A DNA stretch of 64,000 nt. Source: Macrostomum lignano. Taxonomy: Eukaryota. Made by a program: the position numbers and the translations under genes. The stretch spans positions 62,001 to 126,000 of the forward strand of contig NIVC01000067.1 of assembly GCA_002269645.1 (NCBI GenBank), in the 5' to 3' direction. Below the pieces are notes generated by a model, which saw nothing but the letters and a program-made list of their open reading frames with translations, ran no database searches and had not been told where the DNA came from. Within the stretch, counting starts at the first letter, position 1. The number at the start of each line of letters is the position of its first letter. Shown here one piece after another: positions 24,311 through 36,951 of this stretch.

Positions 24311-26016
24311 ATGGATCTTCTGGCTGATTTTGAGGTCATCAAAGCCCTCGGCCAGGGCGGTTTCGGATCGGTGCTGCTGGTGAAGGACAAGCGAGCCAAC
24401 AAAGAATACGCTATTAAGCTGATCCCATCAAGATGTCAAGAGACTGATGTTGTCGTTCGAGAAGTCGAAACTCTGGCAAAAATGGCTGGCATAGAGGGTA
24501 CTGTTAAGTACCACCACTCCTGGTATCAACAATTTGACACGCCCACTAGCTTTGAAGACTTTCGAAAAGAGCTAGAGGCAAAGACAAGCGACTCAATTCA
24601 TCTGTCAGAATGTCTCAGCTCAGGATCATCAAACGATGGCCTACAAGTTGGCATTTCTACTATTCTCTTCATCAAGATGGACTACTTTCAAGGGGTAAAC
24701 CTAAAGGAGTGGCTTCGATCCCTCTGCAAAACGGCGAACCAACAGCCAAATGGTTCGATGACGAAGCCCTGGGTGCATGGTCAGGTACTGCTCGCATTCT
24801 ATAAAATTCTGGAGACTGTGCTGCGAATTCATCATGCCGGCATTCTTCATAGAGATCTGAAGCCTGAGAACATTCTGTTCAAAGACCCCTGCGAGATTTG
24901 CATCTGTGACTTCGGACTTTCAAAGTGTGTTACTGGAAACCATAGTTTTGAAGGTTCCGACCAGGCCCAACACACTCACGACATAGGTACCAGGACGTAT
25001 TTGGCTCCCGAACTTTTGCTGAGTCCACCATCTCCACACAGCGAACAGTCTGACGCATATGCCCTTGGGCTCGTTTTCTTAGAGATGCTGACCATCTTTG
25101 GATGCGTTACGGAATCGGAAGCGTTACAGAAGAAAAACGAAATCTTCAAGTGCCACAAAAATGGCGAGATTCACGAGAATGCTAAACAATTCGAAAATGA
25201 AACGGATCTCATTCAGAAGCTCCTTCACAAGGATCCATCGCAAAGATGTAGCGTTGAAACGGCTTTGAACGACAATTTGTTTAACAAAGTGCCTTTTGTC
25301 TGTAATATTTGTGGAATTACGGAAGAAAAAGGAATTCTGGGTATAGAATGTTTCAAGCAGCACTTAGAAGGCAAGAATCATAAAAAAACGTTGAAAAATG
25401 GTTGCAAGGTACAACTCAGACAGACCCGACGCCAATTGCGCCGCAGGTCACCCAAGCCAAAGGTACAACTCAGACAGACCCGACGCCAATTGCGCCGCAG
25501 GTCACCCAAGCCAAAGGTACAACTCAGACAGACCCGACGCCAATTGCGCCGGAGGTCACCCAAGCCAAAGGTACAACTCAGACAGACGTGAGACCAATGG
25601 CACCGCAGGTCACCCAAACGAAAGGTACAACTCAGACAGACGTGAGACCAATGGCGCCGCAGGTCACCCAAACAAAAGAAGAAACTCAGACAGATCTGAC
25701 ATCAACTTCATCATCATTCGTCCAACCAGAAGGCCGTCATAAGTCGGAATATTTTTGCTCCGTGTGTCAAATATTCTCCAGTGGCCAAACAAACTTTGAT
25801 GCTCATCTAGCCGGGCAGAAGCACAAGAAGAAGCTGAAGAAAATTCCTCACTTTGAGCGACCAGCACATGCAGGTGATCAGCCACGAACCGGTGTTGACA
25901 GCAGCAGAACCGCGGAACTGAACTCTATCCGCAGTGACGTTGATGGCTTGAAGGCCAGAATGTACAACATGGAGACCAAGCTTAACCAGATTCTGGCGTT
26001 GCTACAACAACAGTGA
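24311..26016 (+). CDS. eIF2-alpha kinase family protein with ZnF - 6xTQT - ZnF - coiled-coil C-terminus; intronless; one frameshift at A7 25382-25388 (568 aa if A8)
   Basis: Motifs DFEVIKALGQGGFG, YAIK, REVE, VKYHHSW, a Ser-rich insert, LFIKMDY, HRDLKPENI, DFGLS, GTRTYLAPE and SDAYALGLVFLEM. These are all catalytic motifs plus the eIF2AK-type insert between subdomains IV and V. Then CNIC...HLEGKNH, and in the other frame KGTTQTD repeats, CSVC-x12-HLAGQKH and a heptad tail. An upstream exon is possible (acceptor-like ctgcag at 24301). Confidence 0.85.
25408..25698 (+). repeat. 54-bp coding tandem repeat (18 aa, GTTQTDPTPIAPQVTQAK), 5 full units plus a partial sixth
   Basis: Units start at 25408, 25462, 25516, 25570, 25624 and 25678. 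Units 1-3 are nearly identical; units 4-5 form a second variant (TQTDVRPMAPQ). Confidence 0.95.
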
Positions 26017-26464
26017 GTAGCTTGTATAGTATGGTCTGACAGACAGAATGCCATCTTCCTTTACTATGTTCTCTTCTTGGTTTCTAATCTGCAGTACCTT
26101 TTCCTACGTTTTGTATGGTCCTGTGAGAATGTAAGTGCTATACCTTTGTATCGCGTAAGCTTTCCTGGTAAAAATTAGGCTACGAGTATTTAAACAAAAA
26201 AATAATGTCGGTCATAAAACAGAAATCAGGTTGTTAGTTTGATTGTTCACTTTTAAAAGCGTGTATAAATCTGTTCTTTAAAATCTTTGCATTTTGCTAA
26301 TTAGACCTGTTTTCAATGTTTTCAATCCAGAAATTTCCTGTTGCACAAAATATACTTGCGCTCTGTTCCTATAAACTTTTTCGGTGTAAAAATTTAACGT
26401 TTCTTCTACAGATTTGTAAAATAGCTCGTATCTAAGAAAAAGCAAATTGGAAGTCAGAACTTAC

Positions 26465-28430
26465 CCGGATCGTCCAGATCGTGTGGCGTAGCCATTTTGC
26501 AATTTCGCCGGTAATCAACCAGAAGGGTTTTCCTCCATTGCCGATTTAGCTGTTAGGTTTAGGTTAAGGTATGGATGCCTTTGCCAAATATATTTATCTT
26601 GATGGTTTCGTATAAATTACAATGCTATCAAAAGCACCAAAGTTTCCAAGAACCATCTTAGAAACACCCTTTTGAAGACTTTTCGCCGAAAAATGAAACT
26701 AAATTTAAGAAGGCAACTTTACGAGTGAGTTTTCACTAACTCCTGCTCACCGAAGTCGTACTGCACCGCCACCTGTAACTTAGAAAAGTTGGCAATTACA
26801 TGTACATCATAGGTGGTAAACATTGGTGCTATTCGTGTCTGTCCTGGTAGGCAAAGATTCCTATCTCCTCGAGGATGCTCCTCGCACAGCGCTATGCTTT
26901 TTGGTTGTGGTTGATGTTGTCCAGCCAGACGCTGCCCGAGTCGCTCAGGTAGCAGGCCTCGTTGAGCAGGGCCGACTACAGCCAGGCGGGCAGGCTGGCG
27001 GAATCATCGCCGATTATGACCGCCTGCCACTGGTCGATGCGCTGCTGCCAGGGATGCGCCTGCAGCAGACTTCGGCAGGTGGTCGAAGGCCGCCAGTTTG
27101 ATAGAGGCTGCGCCAAAAGGTCGGCAGCTGCTCGGCGGTCGGACTTCGGTTTAAACTCGGACCACAGAGTCACTGATGTGAGCAAAGTTAGAGCGAGTAA
27201 AGTTTTATTTTTCCCTCTAACTACATGTAAGTAGACGCATCTACAAAGTAGGGACCGGACCGGATGGACATTTCGCCGTTCGCATTTTGTTAAAATTCTG
27301 TGCCAACTCATCATGACGTTAATTGACGATGATCATAGTCACAGTAAAAATGTACGTATTATCAAACTAAAGTTTTTACAAAGCGGCCATAATAAAATAC
27401 AAGTACACTCAGCTAGTGCTCCATAGAATGAAATACTTGATTAATCCACATACATCTGCATTAAATATCTAATATTAAAGTGCTAAAAATAAAATACAGG
27501 TACATCCAAGAACGTAGAGCTTCTAATCGAACAAACACTCGATAGAGAAAAGTTGTCATACTTTAGCTGATGTGTTAGATTCGCTGATAGTAGTATCGAT
27601 GATGCTCACGATGATTCCGTAGTTGCATGGCACGTCATTGCCGAATACCTGGTGAATAAGACTGCCGGAAGCAACATCGCCAGATGAGAGTCCCTTTCGA
27701 GTACTGTCTCCATTCTGAAAGCAAAAAGTCATTGCACACAGCCCAATCGAATTTTGCCAACGGTAGACTGGAATCCGAAAGATCAGGCCATAAAAAGCAA
27801 GATCTATTGATGAATGAAACAACTATCCAATGTGACCTTATATGAATAGATCTTATAATTGTGTGAAATAACCGGAGAAATCTGACGGTAGACCAGACGC
27901 AAGCCTGGTTTCAATTGGTAAACAGTCCCGCCAGCTCCATGGTAGGCGCAGTCGGCTTCCCACCTGGTCAAGATGCCCTGAACGGTACTGTGATTCAAGT
28001 CCTGAAGACAAGCGTCGAGGACCAGGACCTCCACATCCAACCCGCCGACGGCTAGTCTGGGCAGCAACTCTTTGAGATGCTAAAAGCCTTCGACTGGCGT
28101 GTAGAATTGGGTAACCTGTTCATCTACAGGGAGGACGAGCGACCCCGGACACACCAGAACCGTGCCTGGATTCCGGCTCAAAACGTCATCACTAACGCTG
28201 ACGAGATGCACCGCCTGCTGCTGGGAAACCAATCCGGACCTGCCGGCAAATGAATTCGTGGTTCATGAGACCATCTTCAAGCCGGCCGGATACGGTTTCA
28301 CGACCATCCTCGGACTGTCTGATAGCTGGATGCTCCGCTGCCCGGACATATCCAATATCTCTGCTGGAGATATCTCTGCAATATCTCTGTTGGGATCCAA
28401 ATTTTCAACTTTGAATCCGACACTACTCAT
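26465..28430 (-). pseudogene. GBA2: Non-lysosomal glucosylceramidase (GH116) pseudogene
   Basis: Collinear GBA2-like blocks: AYHG..TVYQLKPGLRLVYRQISPVISHNYK; MTFCFQNG; WQQRIDQWQAVIIGDDSASLPAWL*SALLNEACYLSDSGSVWLD; EEIGIFAYQDRHE*; MFTTYDVH...KLQVAVQYDF; PHDLDDP|gtaag. In-frame TAG stops at 26976, 26892 and 26829, and a frameshift just before MFTTYDVH (near 26824). Confidence 0.8.
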
Positions 28431-29497
28431 CTGCCGCCCCTGGAGAAGCGTAAGCGGGCAAGCGGGGGCTCCTGTGGGTCGCGACCCCCTTCGAGGACGT
28501 GGACCCCTGGAAAAGCCGCGAGAAAGCTGCAGCGACTTGCAGACATGAAAAGGGTTTGACTCAGCGCGCAAAATAGCTGCTGGATAGCTGCAAAATAGCA
28601 AAATCGCTGCCAAGGTTTAAAACAGCAGCATCCCTCCAGCCAAGGACTGACTGTGACTGGGACACTAAATGCATGTCTTAAATTGAGAATCAGAACCGAT
28701 TTCTAAGTTCCCATTTGTTGTCAACTGCTCTTAACCTTGGGCCAGATCTCACCTTTGGGCACTCACGCTCGCAGTTCCATTTAAACTATCCTTTTGATGC
28801 TACTTTTCAGTGGGCGATCTCGTATAGGGACTTTTAAAATCTTAACAGTTTATATTTATTTTCCTTTCAAGAAATTTTTTCTTCGCTTCTTTAGCTCGCA
28901 CTCTCGTTTCTACCTAAATTAGTTGTTATATCTTTTGTACTCGTTTTTCATTGAATAAGCATACCAGGTCACATATCAAGATACTAGCGTATAAATGAAT
29001 CACACTGCGCATAACGTTTTATTAAACGATAAATTCTTAGTTTAGGCTGTTCAACTTGGAAAGCCTTGTTATTGCGTTAATAAGAATTGTTAGAAAATTT
29101 TTTGAATTAAGTTTGAATTTGAATTAACATGGAAGCGGTACATTGCGCTACTAAATTAACAAGATCAATTTACAATTAACAAAACAAACCTTAGATCGAG
29201 TACAAGTTGATGGGGTGTCAAAATTTTCATGGGTTGTCGTACATTCATCACCACTAGCTACTACTGAATTAGTTTCTGAGAATGCAATCAACTAAATTAA
29301 GATGATTCGAATACTTATTAGACAGTGGTTGTGCTGCTAATGTTACCTTTGTGCACACTGAAGCTTTACATGTGAGATTATTTATTAAAAAATTGTTTCA
29401 CGAACACGTGAAAAAATAGAGCGAAGAAGATTGTATCTGGTTCCAGTTAATTATGAATTTTCCTTGATACAACTGGAAGGCAAAGCTTCGACAGTTC

Positions 29498-32400
29498 TTA
29501 GCCCAGGTAAGCAGAAAAACCAGCGCTGCTCCGAATAACGCTGTTGGGCTCCTCGTAGCTGCAGGTAGAGTCGGCAGCTGACGATAAGTTCGACATCTGC
29601 TGGTAGGGCAAACCGCCAATCAGCGCAACCTGCGGCCGTGGCGGCAGCTGAGGCGGAATCACCGAATTCCGATTCTCGCTCTGATTTGAGCGATTTGCCG
29701 GCCCGGGCACTTCGTAGACAGCTGCGGATGAAACATTGCCGACATCTAGTGTCGCTTCATCGCCAACGTCGTACACTGGGTTTTCAGCCTCGGTCGAACC
29801 GCAACCCTTAAAGACTGCGGTTGTGTCAGACAAGCGACGGAACCGCCAGAACGGCAAAAAATGGCAAAATGACGGTCTCAAATATAACAGAATCAGTAGC
29901 GCTGAAGATAAAATAGTAATTGTGATCACGAAAGCGATCACAAAGGCGATCACTGGCGTCCACCAAGTGCTGTCATCTTTGCTTAGCTGCAATGTTGGGT
30001 CTATCGGTGCAGTGCAGTTGGGACTCACCTGGCCATCGCGGCAAAGACAACTAAAGCTACCAATCAGGTTTTTGCATACATGGGTCTCGTTATTGCAAGG
30101 TCCGTCTCCTTCCAGGCACTCCTCAATATCCTCCTGGCAACGATCCCCTCGAAAGCCTGTTTTACAATGACATTCAAAGCTCCCTGGCAGATTTGCGCAA
30201 ACACCGCCATTAAGACACATCGTTGTGTAATTGTTCAATTTGCACTCGTCGATGTCCTCTGCGCAGTGCCTTCCTGTCCAGCCTGGACCGCAGATGCAGC
30301 TATAGTTACCTGGTAAGTTCTTACAATAGCTTCCGTTGCCATTGCACAATAGGCTCTGGTGATCAAATTGATTTGTGCACTCGTCGACATCTACTTGGCA
30401 GTGATCCCCACGAAATCCGAGTTTGCATTGGCATTTAAAGCTCCCCGGTAGATTTACACAAACGCCGTCGTTAAGACAAATTGCACTGGAATCGTTCAAT
30501 TCGCACTCGTTGATGTCCTCTGTGCAGTGCCGTCCTGTCCAACCTGGACCACAGATGCAGCTGTAGTTTCCTGGCAAATTCTTGCAAAAACTGCCGTTGC
30601 CATGGCAAAGTAGGTTGTGGTTGTCGCCATCGGCAGCTTGGTTAGCGCACTCGTCTACATCGTCTTGGCATTGCTCACCGCTAAACCCAGTCGGGCAGAG
30701 GCAGACGAATCCACCAAGGATATTACGGCATGTGCCACCGTTTAGACATACTGACGAGTCAAATCCACTTTCCAATGCGCATTCGTCGATGTCCTCGGTG
30801 CAGTTTTGACCTCGCCAGCCCGGACCGCAGACGCACTTGTAGTCTCCGATCAAGTCTTCACAGATGCTGCCATTTCCGTTGCACGGCGAACTCAACTGAC
30901 CGTCATCAATGGTTTGAACCGCGCACTCATTTATGTCCTCTTCGCATTTTTCGCCCCTATAACCCAATGGACAGTGGCAGGTAAAGCTGCCTGGCGTGTT
31001 CTCACATTTTCCGCCATTGAAGCAGGCAGCTAAGCTTGACTGCGAGCACTCGTCGATGTCCTCTGTACAGTTCTGGCCGCGCCAGCCTGGCCCGCAGTGG
31101 CAGCTGTAGGTGCCGAACCAGTTCTCGCAGACGCTGCCCTTTCCCCGACACGGCGAGATCGATCGGCACTCGTCGACGTCGAACTGGCAGGCGTCGCCAT
31201 GGAAACCAGCGGGGCAGGCGCAGCCGACACGGGCGATGCAGGTACCACCATTTTGGCAGGGTCTGCTGTGCTGGCAGAGCGCTATAGGTACAGTGCAATC
31301 ATTACCTACAAGGAGTTTGATTACCACATTATAAATTTGTTCGATCCGATTCCTATGTCAATCCATGCTCAACGGAATTTTTCCCACCTACCTCCGAACT
31401 GAAGAGGGCAGGCGCAAACAAAACTTCCAGGTAAATCTTCGCACGTTCCACCGTTCTGGCATGGACTGCTGGCGCAGAAAGTCCTTCGGCAATCTCTGTT
31501 GGGATCGTAGGCTGCATAGGAAAAGGAAATTAATAAACTACTCGTATTTCTTGTTTACTTATCATTTTCTCAACTTGAAATCACACGGAGAAAGTGATAA
31601 AACTGATTTTCGCCATACTGGACTCGCAAACTTTGTTTCCGTCACTGGTGCAGCCGTAGTAACCGAGCTCAGGAGATCTCGTCGGCTGGCAGAACTTCTT
31701 GCACTCGGAACCGTAGTAGTTGACCTTGCACCGAACAGAGATTTTCAGCCACAGTCTGGAAGACACGGCGTGTGAAGATAAAGGTGATGTTAAAATGCAA
31801 AGTTGCATAAACTATTTGATTGATACTTTAGTTGGAGTCAGATCGTTGAATCAAATTAGATTTAAACCCTCCGCAGGCGTGTACGTTTAGCATAAGCCTG
31901 TAAGGCATGCAAGAAGGCAGGGTACATGTCAAGTACCGGGCTGTCTGGGTTAACCCCTACATTAACGAACATTGAGGCAGCTTTTCATAATGAAGCAAAA
32001 CAGCTTTTACAAGCATTTATTCACTGCGGCGTCGCCCCTTTCGTGCGTGTCGCGTTTGTATTTCGGTGGTTAAATTTAACATTGCATTCAACTCACTCAG
32101 CCTTCGATTTGCCTTCGTCAGTCAGTCGAATCTGTGCCGACTCAGGCGAGTTGTCATCGAACGGGCGCGCATCCGCAGAATATTTATGACTGAAAATCCC
32201 CATCAGGTCGTGATCAAATACGGAGTCGTAGTCGTAGACTCGAACCGTGACTTTTACCCAGCGCTGAAAAATTGCGAGCAAGTAAATTGAAAGCAAATCT
32301 GAAATCTGCTTGACGACTTGCGAATATCTGAGTACATTAGCGATGTGCATTTTACCGCATAGTTGATGACTCTGCACACGATCGGGTTTCTGATGTTCAC

Positions 32401-33758
32401 TATTCGGCTGCCAAAATCTAGCGAGTTCTTGTTTCTCACTCGATCCGTTTGGGTGCGGCACTCATACCTGTGCAATAGAGGCAGGGATTGCTTTCCTATT
32501 TCCGATTTAACTATTCCAAACACGAGTGAACATACGTAGGCTTGATGATGCAAGTCTGACAGCTCAGAATTAATATTTGCTGTGGCATCCGATACTGTCT
32601 GAACACCTGCATTGCAAATACTGTAGCACGACTGTAGCTACTGCAGCTGAAACTACTCCAAATCAACTGAAACTACTCCAACTGTAACTACTCCAACTGT
32701 AACTACTCCAACTGTAACTACCCAACTGTCACTACTCCAACTGTCACTACTCCATCTGTAACTACTCCAACTGTCACTACTCCATCTGTCACTACTCCAA
32801 CTGTCACTACTCCAACTGTAACTACCCAACTGTCACTACTCCAACTGTCACTACTCCATCTGTAACTACTCCAACTGTCACTACTCCATCTGTCACTACT
32901 CCAACTGTCACTACTCCAACTGTCACTACTCCAACTGTAACTACTCCAAATGTAACTACTCCAACTGTAACTACCCAACTGTCACTACTCCAACTGTCAC
33001 TACTCCATCTGTAACTACTCCAACTGTCACTACTCCATCTGTCACTACTCCAACTGTCACTACTCCAACTGTCACTACTCCAACTGTAACTACTCCAAAT
33101 GTAACTACTCCAAATGTCACTACTCCAACTGTCACTACTCCAACTGTCACTACTCCAACTGTAACTACCCAACTGTCACTACTCCAACTGTAACTACTCC
33201 AACTGTAACTAATCCAACTGTAACTACTCCAACTGTCACTACTCCCACTGTCACTACTCCAACTGTCACTACTCCAACTGTCACTGCTCCAACTGTCACT
33301 ACTCCAACTGTCACTACTCCAACTGTCACTACTCCAACTGTAACTACTCCAACTGTCACTACTCCCACTGTCACTACTCCAACTGTAACTACTCCAACTG
33401 TCACTACTCCAACTGTCACTACTCCAACTGTAACTACTCCAACTGTCACTACTCCCACTGTCACTACTTACCCTTCCACTGAAATTTTTATTTTAAAAAA
33501 TGGATCGCAAGGTCTGTGGAATACAAAAATTGATGGATCGCATTTGTGCCCATTGTACGCCAGACCACGACGGTTGATGTAACTCAGGAATCGAACCTTG
33601 ACCACGGCGGCAGAGTTGGCTGAGTTCAATATCTGGAACACAGAATTCGGTAAGACATTAATAGCCTGATGGGAGACATTGGGCATCTCAGGCAGCACCA
33701 ATCCACTCACCAGCAAGCTCATAAAAGTTGCCAGTGCAAGCTTGCAGCACCAATGCAT
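29498..33758 (-). CDS. Delta-like type-I membrane protein A: signal peptide - C2/MNNL - DSL - 11 EGF - TM - tail, 850 aa
   Basis: Exons 33711-33758, 33472-33632, 32356-32467, 32097-32263, 31619-31755, 31392-31511 and 29498-31305 join in frame with GT-AG. DSL is [35 protein letters not shown]. Ca-binding EGFs have the D(I/V)(D/N)EC start. TM is [29 protein letters not shown]. Confidence 0.88.
32650..33466. repeat. 15-bp minisatellite (gtcactactccaact) filling intron 2 of Delta-like gene A
   Basis: More than 50 near-perfect units. The array runs right up to the donor site near 33470. Confidence 0.95.
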
Positions 33759-34264
33759 TGCTGAAAGCTGATAGTTGGATCAGTCAGGATAAATTTGACA
33801 CTGCAGACTTGATTTGTCCACACTTTTCAGGTACTCATATATATTACTCTGCTTCGCCTTCGCCTTCGCCAGGAGATCTGGTAGCAATAACACGTGACTG
33901 TTTGCACCTAATTAAAGTTTGCGCTGCCAAATTGGCTGGCTACATTAATAATAACTCCACACTGAACCCCCCCACCCTGCATCTTTACAGAGCCTTTCGA
34001 CTCTGAACAAGCGTTACTGTTAAGGAATGCCATGAGATAAGCTTCCGATTCTCACGAATCTTGCGAGCTGTTTGGAAGGAAATCAATTAACTATTTTATT
34101 GTCAACATTACCGATTGCTTTTAATTACTTTTTTATGCATTGAATTGCGAAGATTCTAAAATGAATGCTAAATTTTACGAGCCACTTTTCTTGACGCACT
34201 GGACCAGCTGCGTGACGGTTTCTAATGGATGATATTTAGTAATGACTCCTGATCACATGCTGTG

Positions 34265-36600
34265 ATCCAATGTCTCACAGTGAGATCCACTGTCTCACAG
34301 TGTGATCCACTGTCTCACAGTGTGATCCACTATCTCACACTGTGATGTAATATATCACAGTGTGATGTAATATCTCACAGTGTGCTCTGATATCTCACCG
34401 TGTGATCTACTATCTCACAGTGTGCTCTGATATCTCACCGTGTGATCTACTATCTCACAGTGTGATGCACTATCTCACTGTGTGATCTAATATCTCACAG
34501 TGTGATCTACTATCTCACAGTGTGATCCACTGTCTCACAGTGTGATCCACTATCTCACAGTGTGATGTAATATATCACAGTGTGATGTAATATCTCACAG
34601 TGTGCTCTGATATCTCACCGTGTGATCTACTATCTCACAGTGCGATCCACTATCTCACAATGTGATCCACTATCTCACAGTGTGATCTAATATATCAAAG
34701 TGTGATGTAATATCCCACAGTGTGCTCTGATATCTCACCGTGTGATCTACTATCTCACAGTGCGATCCACTATCTCACTGTGTGATCTAATATCTCACAG
34801 TGTGATCTACTATCTCACAGTGCAATCCACTATCTCACTGTGTGATCTAATATCTCACAGTGTGATCTACTATCTCACAGTGTGATCTACTATCTCACAG
34901 TGTGATCTAAAATCTCACAGTGTGATCTACTATCTCACAGTGTGATCTACTATCTTACAGTGTGATCTACTATCTCACAGTGTGATCTACTATCTCACAG
35001 TGTGATCTACTATCTTACAGTGTGATCTACTATCTCACAGTGTGATCTACTATCTCACAGTGTGATCTAATATCTCACAGTGTGATCCACTGTCTCACAG
35101 TGTGATCCACTATCTCACAGTGTGATCTAATATATCAAAGTGTGATGTAATATCTCACAGTGTGCTCTGATATCTCACCGTGTGATCTACTATCTCACAG
35201 TGCGATCCACTGTCTCACAGTGTGATCCACTATCTCACAGTGTGATCTAATATATCAAAGTGTGATGTAATATCTCACAGTGTGCTCTGATATCTCACCG
35301 TGTGATCTACTATCTCACAGTGCGATCCACTATCTCACAGTGTGATCTAATATCTCACAGTGTGATCTACTATCTCACAGTGCAATCCACTATCTCACTG
35401 TGTGATCTAATATCTCACAGTGTGATCTACTATCTCACAGTGTGATCTAAAATCTCACAGTGTGATCTACTATCTCACAGTGTGATCTACTATCTCACAG
35501 TGTGATCTACTATCTCACAGTGTGATCTAATATCTCACAGTGTGATCCACTGTCTCACAGTGTGATCCACTATCTCACAGTGTGATCTAATATATCAAAG
35601 TGTGATGTAATATCTCACAGTGTGCTCTGATATCTCACCGTGTGATCTACTATCTCACAGTGCGATCCACTATCTCACTGTGTGATCTAATATCTCACAG
35701 TGTGATCTACTATCTCACAGTGTGATCTACTATCTCACAGTGTGATCTAATATATCAAAGTGTGATGTAATATCTCACAGTGTGCTCTGATATCTCACCG
35801 TGTGATCTACTATCTCACAGTGCGATCCACTGTCTCACAGTGTGATCCACTATCTCACAGTGTGATCTACTATCTCACAGTGTGATCTAAAATCTCACAG
35901 TGTGATCTACTATCTCACAGTGTGATCTACTATCTTACAGTGTGATCTAATATCTCACAGTGTGATCTACTATCTCACAGTGCAATCCACTATCTCACTG
36001 TGTGATCTACTATCTCACTGTGTGATCTAATATCTCACAGTGTGATCTACTATCTCACAGTGTGATCTACTATCTCACAGTGTGATCTAAAATCTCACAA
36101 TGTGATCTACTATCTCACAGTGTGATCTACTATCTTACAGTGTGATCTACTATCTCACAGTGTGATCTAATATCTCACAGTGTGATCTAATATCTCACAG
36201 TGTGATCCACTGTCTCGCCGTGTGATTCACTATCTTACAGTGTGATCTACTATCTCACAGTGCAATCCACAATCTCACAGTGCGATCCACTGTCTCGCCG
36301 TGTGATCTAATATCTCACAGTGTGATCTACTATCTCACAGTGTGATCTACTATCTCACAGTGTGATCTAAAATCTCACAGTGTGATCTACTATCTCACAG
36401 TGCGATCCACTATCTCACTGTGTGATCTAATATCTCACAGTGTGATCTACTATCTCACAGTGCAATCCACTATCTCACTGTGTTATCTAATATCTCACAG
36501 TGTGATCTACTATCTCACAGTGCAATCCACAATCTCACAGTGCAATCCACAATCTCACAGTGCGATCCACTGTCTCGCCGTGTGATCTACTCTCTCATGG
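34265..36600. repeat. 20-bp satellite (tgtgatctactatctcacag), more than 100 units with higher-order variant blocks
   Basis: 20-bp periodicity is visible as vertical columns. Variant series (tatatcaaag / tgtgatgtaa / tgtgctctga...caccg) recur. Confidence 0.97.
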
Positions 36601-36951
36601 TGTAATAAACTCTATCAAGGTGTGATCACCTCTCACATGGTACTCTCAGTCTCATTTTAAAGTAAAAATAAAAACAAATATGCTGTCTTCGATGCAGCAT
36701 TTATTGTAGATTTATGAGAATTTAGAAAAAAAACTTGCAAATACACGACTGGGGAAATGTATTATTGAAGCATATCCCTGTTTTAGGAAAATTTATATAA
36801 AGTGATTATGACAGGAAAGTCAATAGTAATTTTTTTACAAAAAAACACCAAGAGCTTATTGCAATCTGATTTGTCAGGATCCGGGATGAGTGTCCCTGAC
36901 CTTCGAAGCAAGTGTTCAAAGCTAAGAGTTAATGTTGATAGTTGTAGAGGC

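Noticed and set aside
25382-25388. Canonical -1 programmed ribosomal frameshift site
   Set aside because: T AAA AAA and A AAA ACG do not fit X XXY YYZ in the kinase frame. Kept only as an error or slippage question.
29498-31327. Notch receptor call for the EGF-rich ORF
   Set aside because: No LNR or ankyrin repeats; a DSL domain and C2-like N-terminus lie upstream.
29736-31402. Plus-strand and alternate-frame ORFs over the EGF exon (and likewise at 37154-37872)
   Set aside because: These are shadows of GC-rich EGF coding sequence.
32718-33464. VTVGV / SSDSW repeat ORFs
   Set aside because: They lie in an intronic 15-bp minisatellite bounded by valid splice sites of Delta-like gene A.
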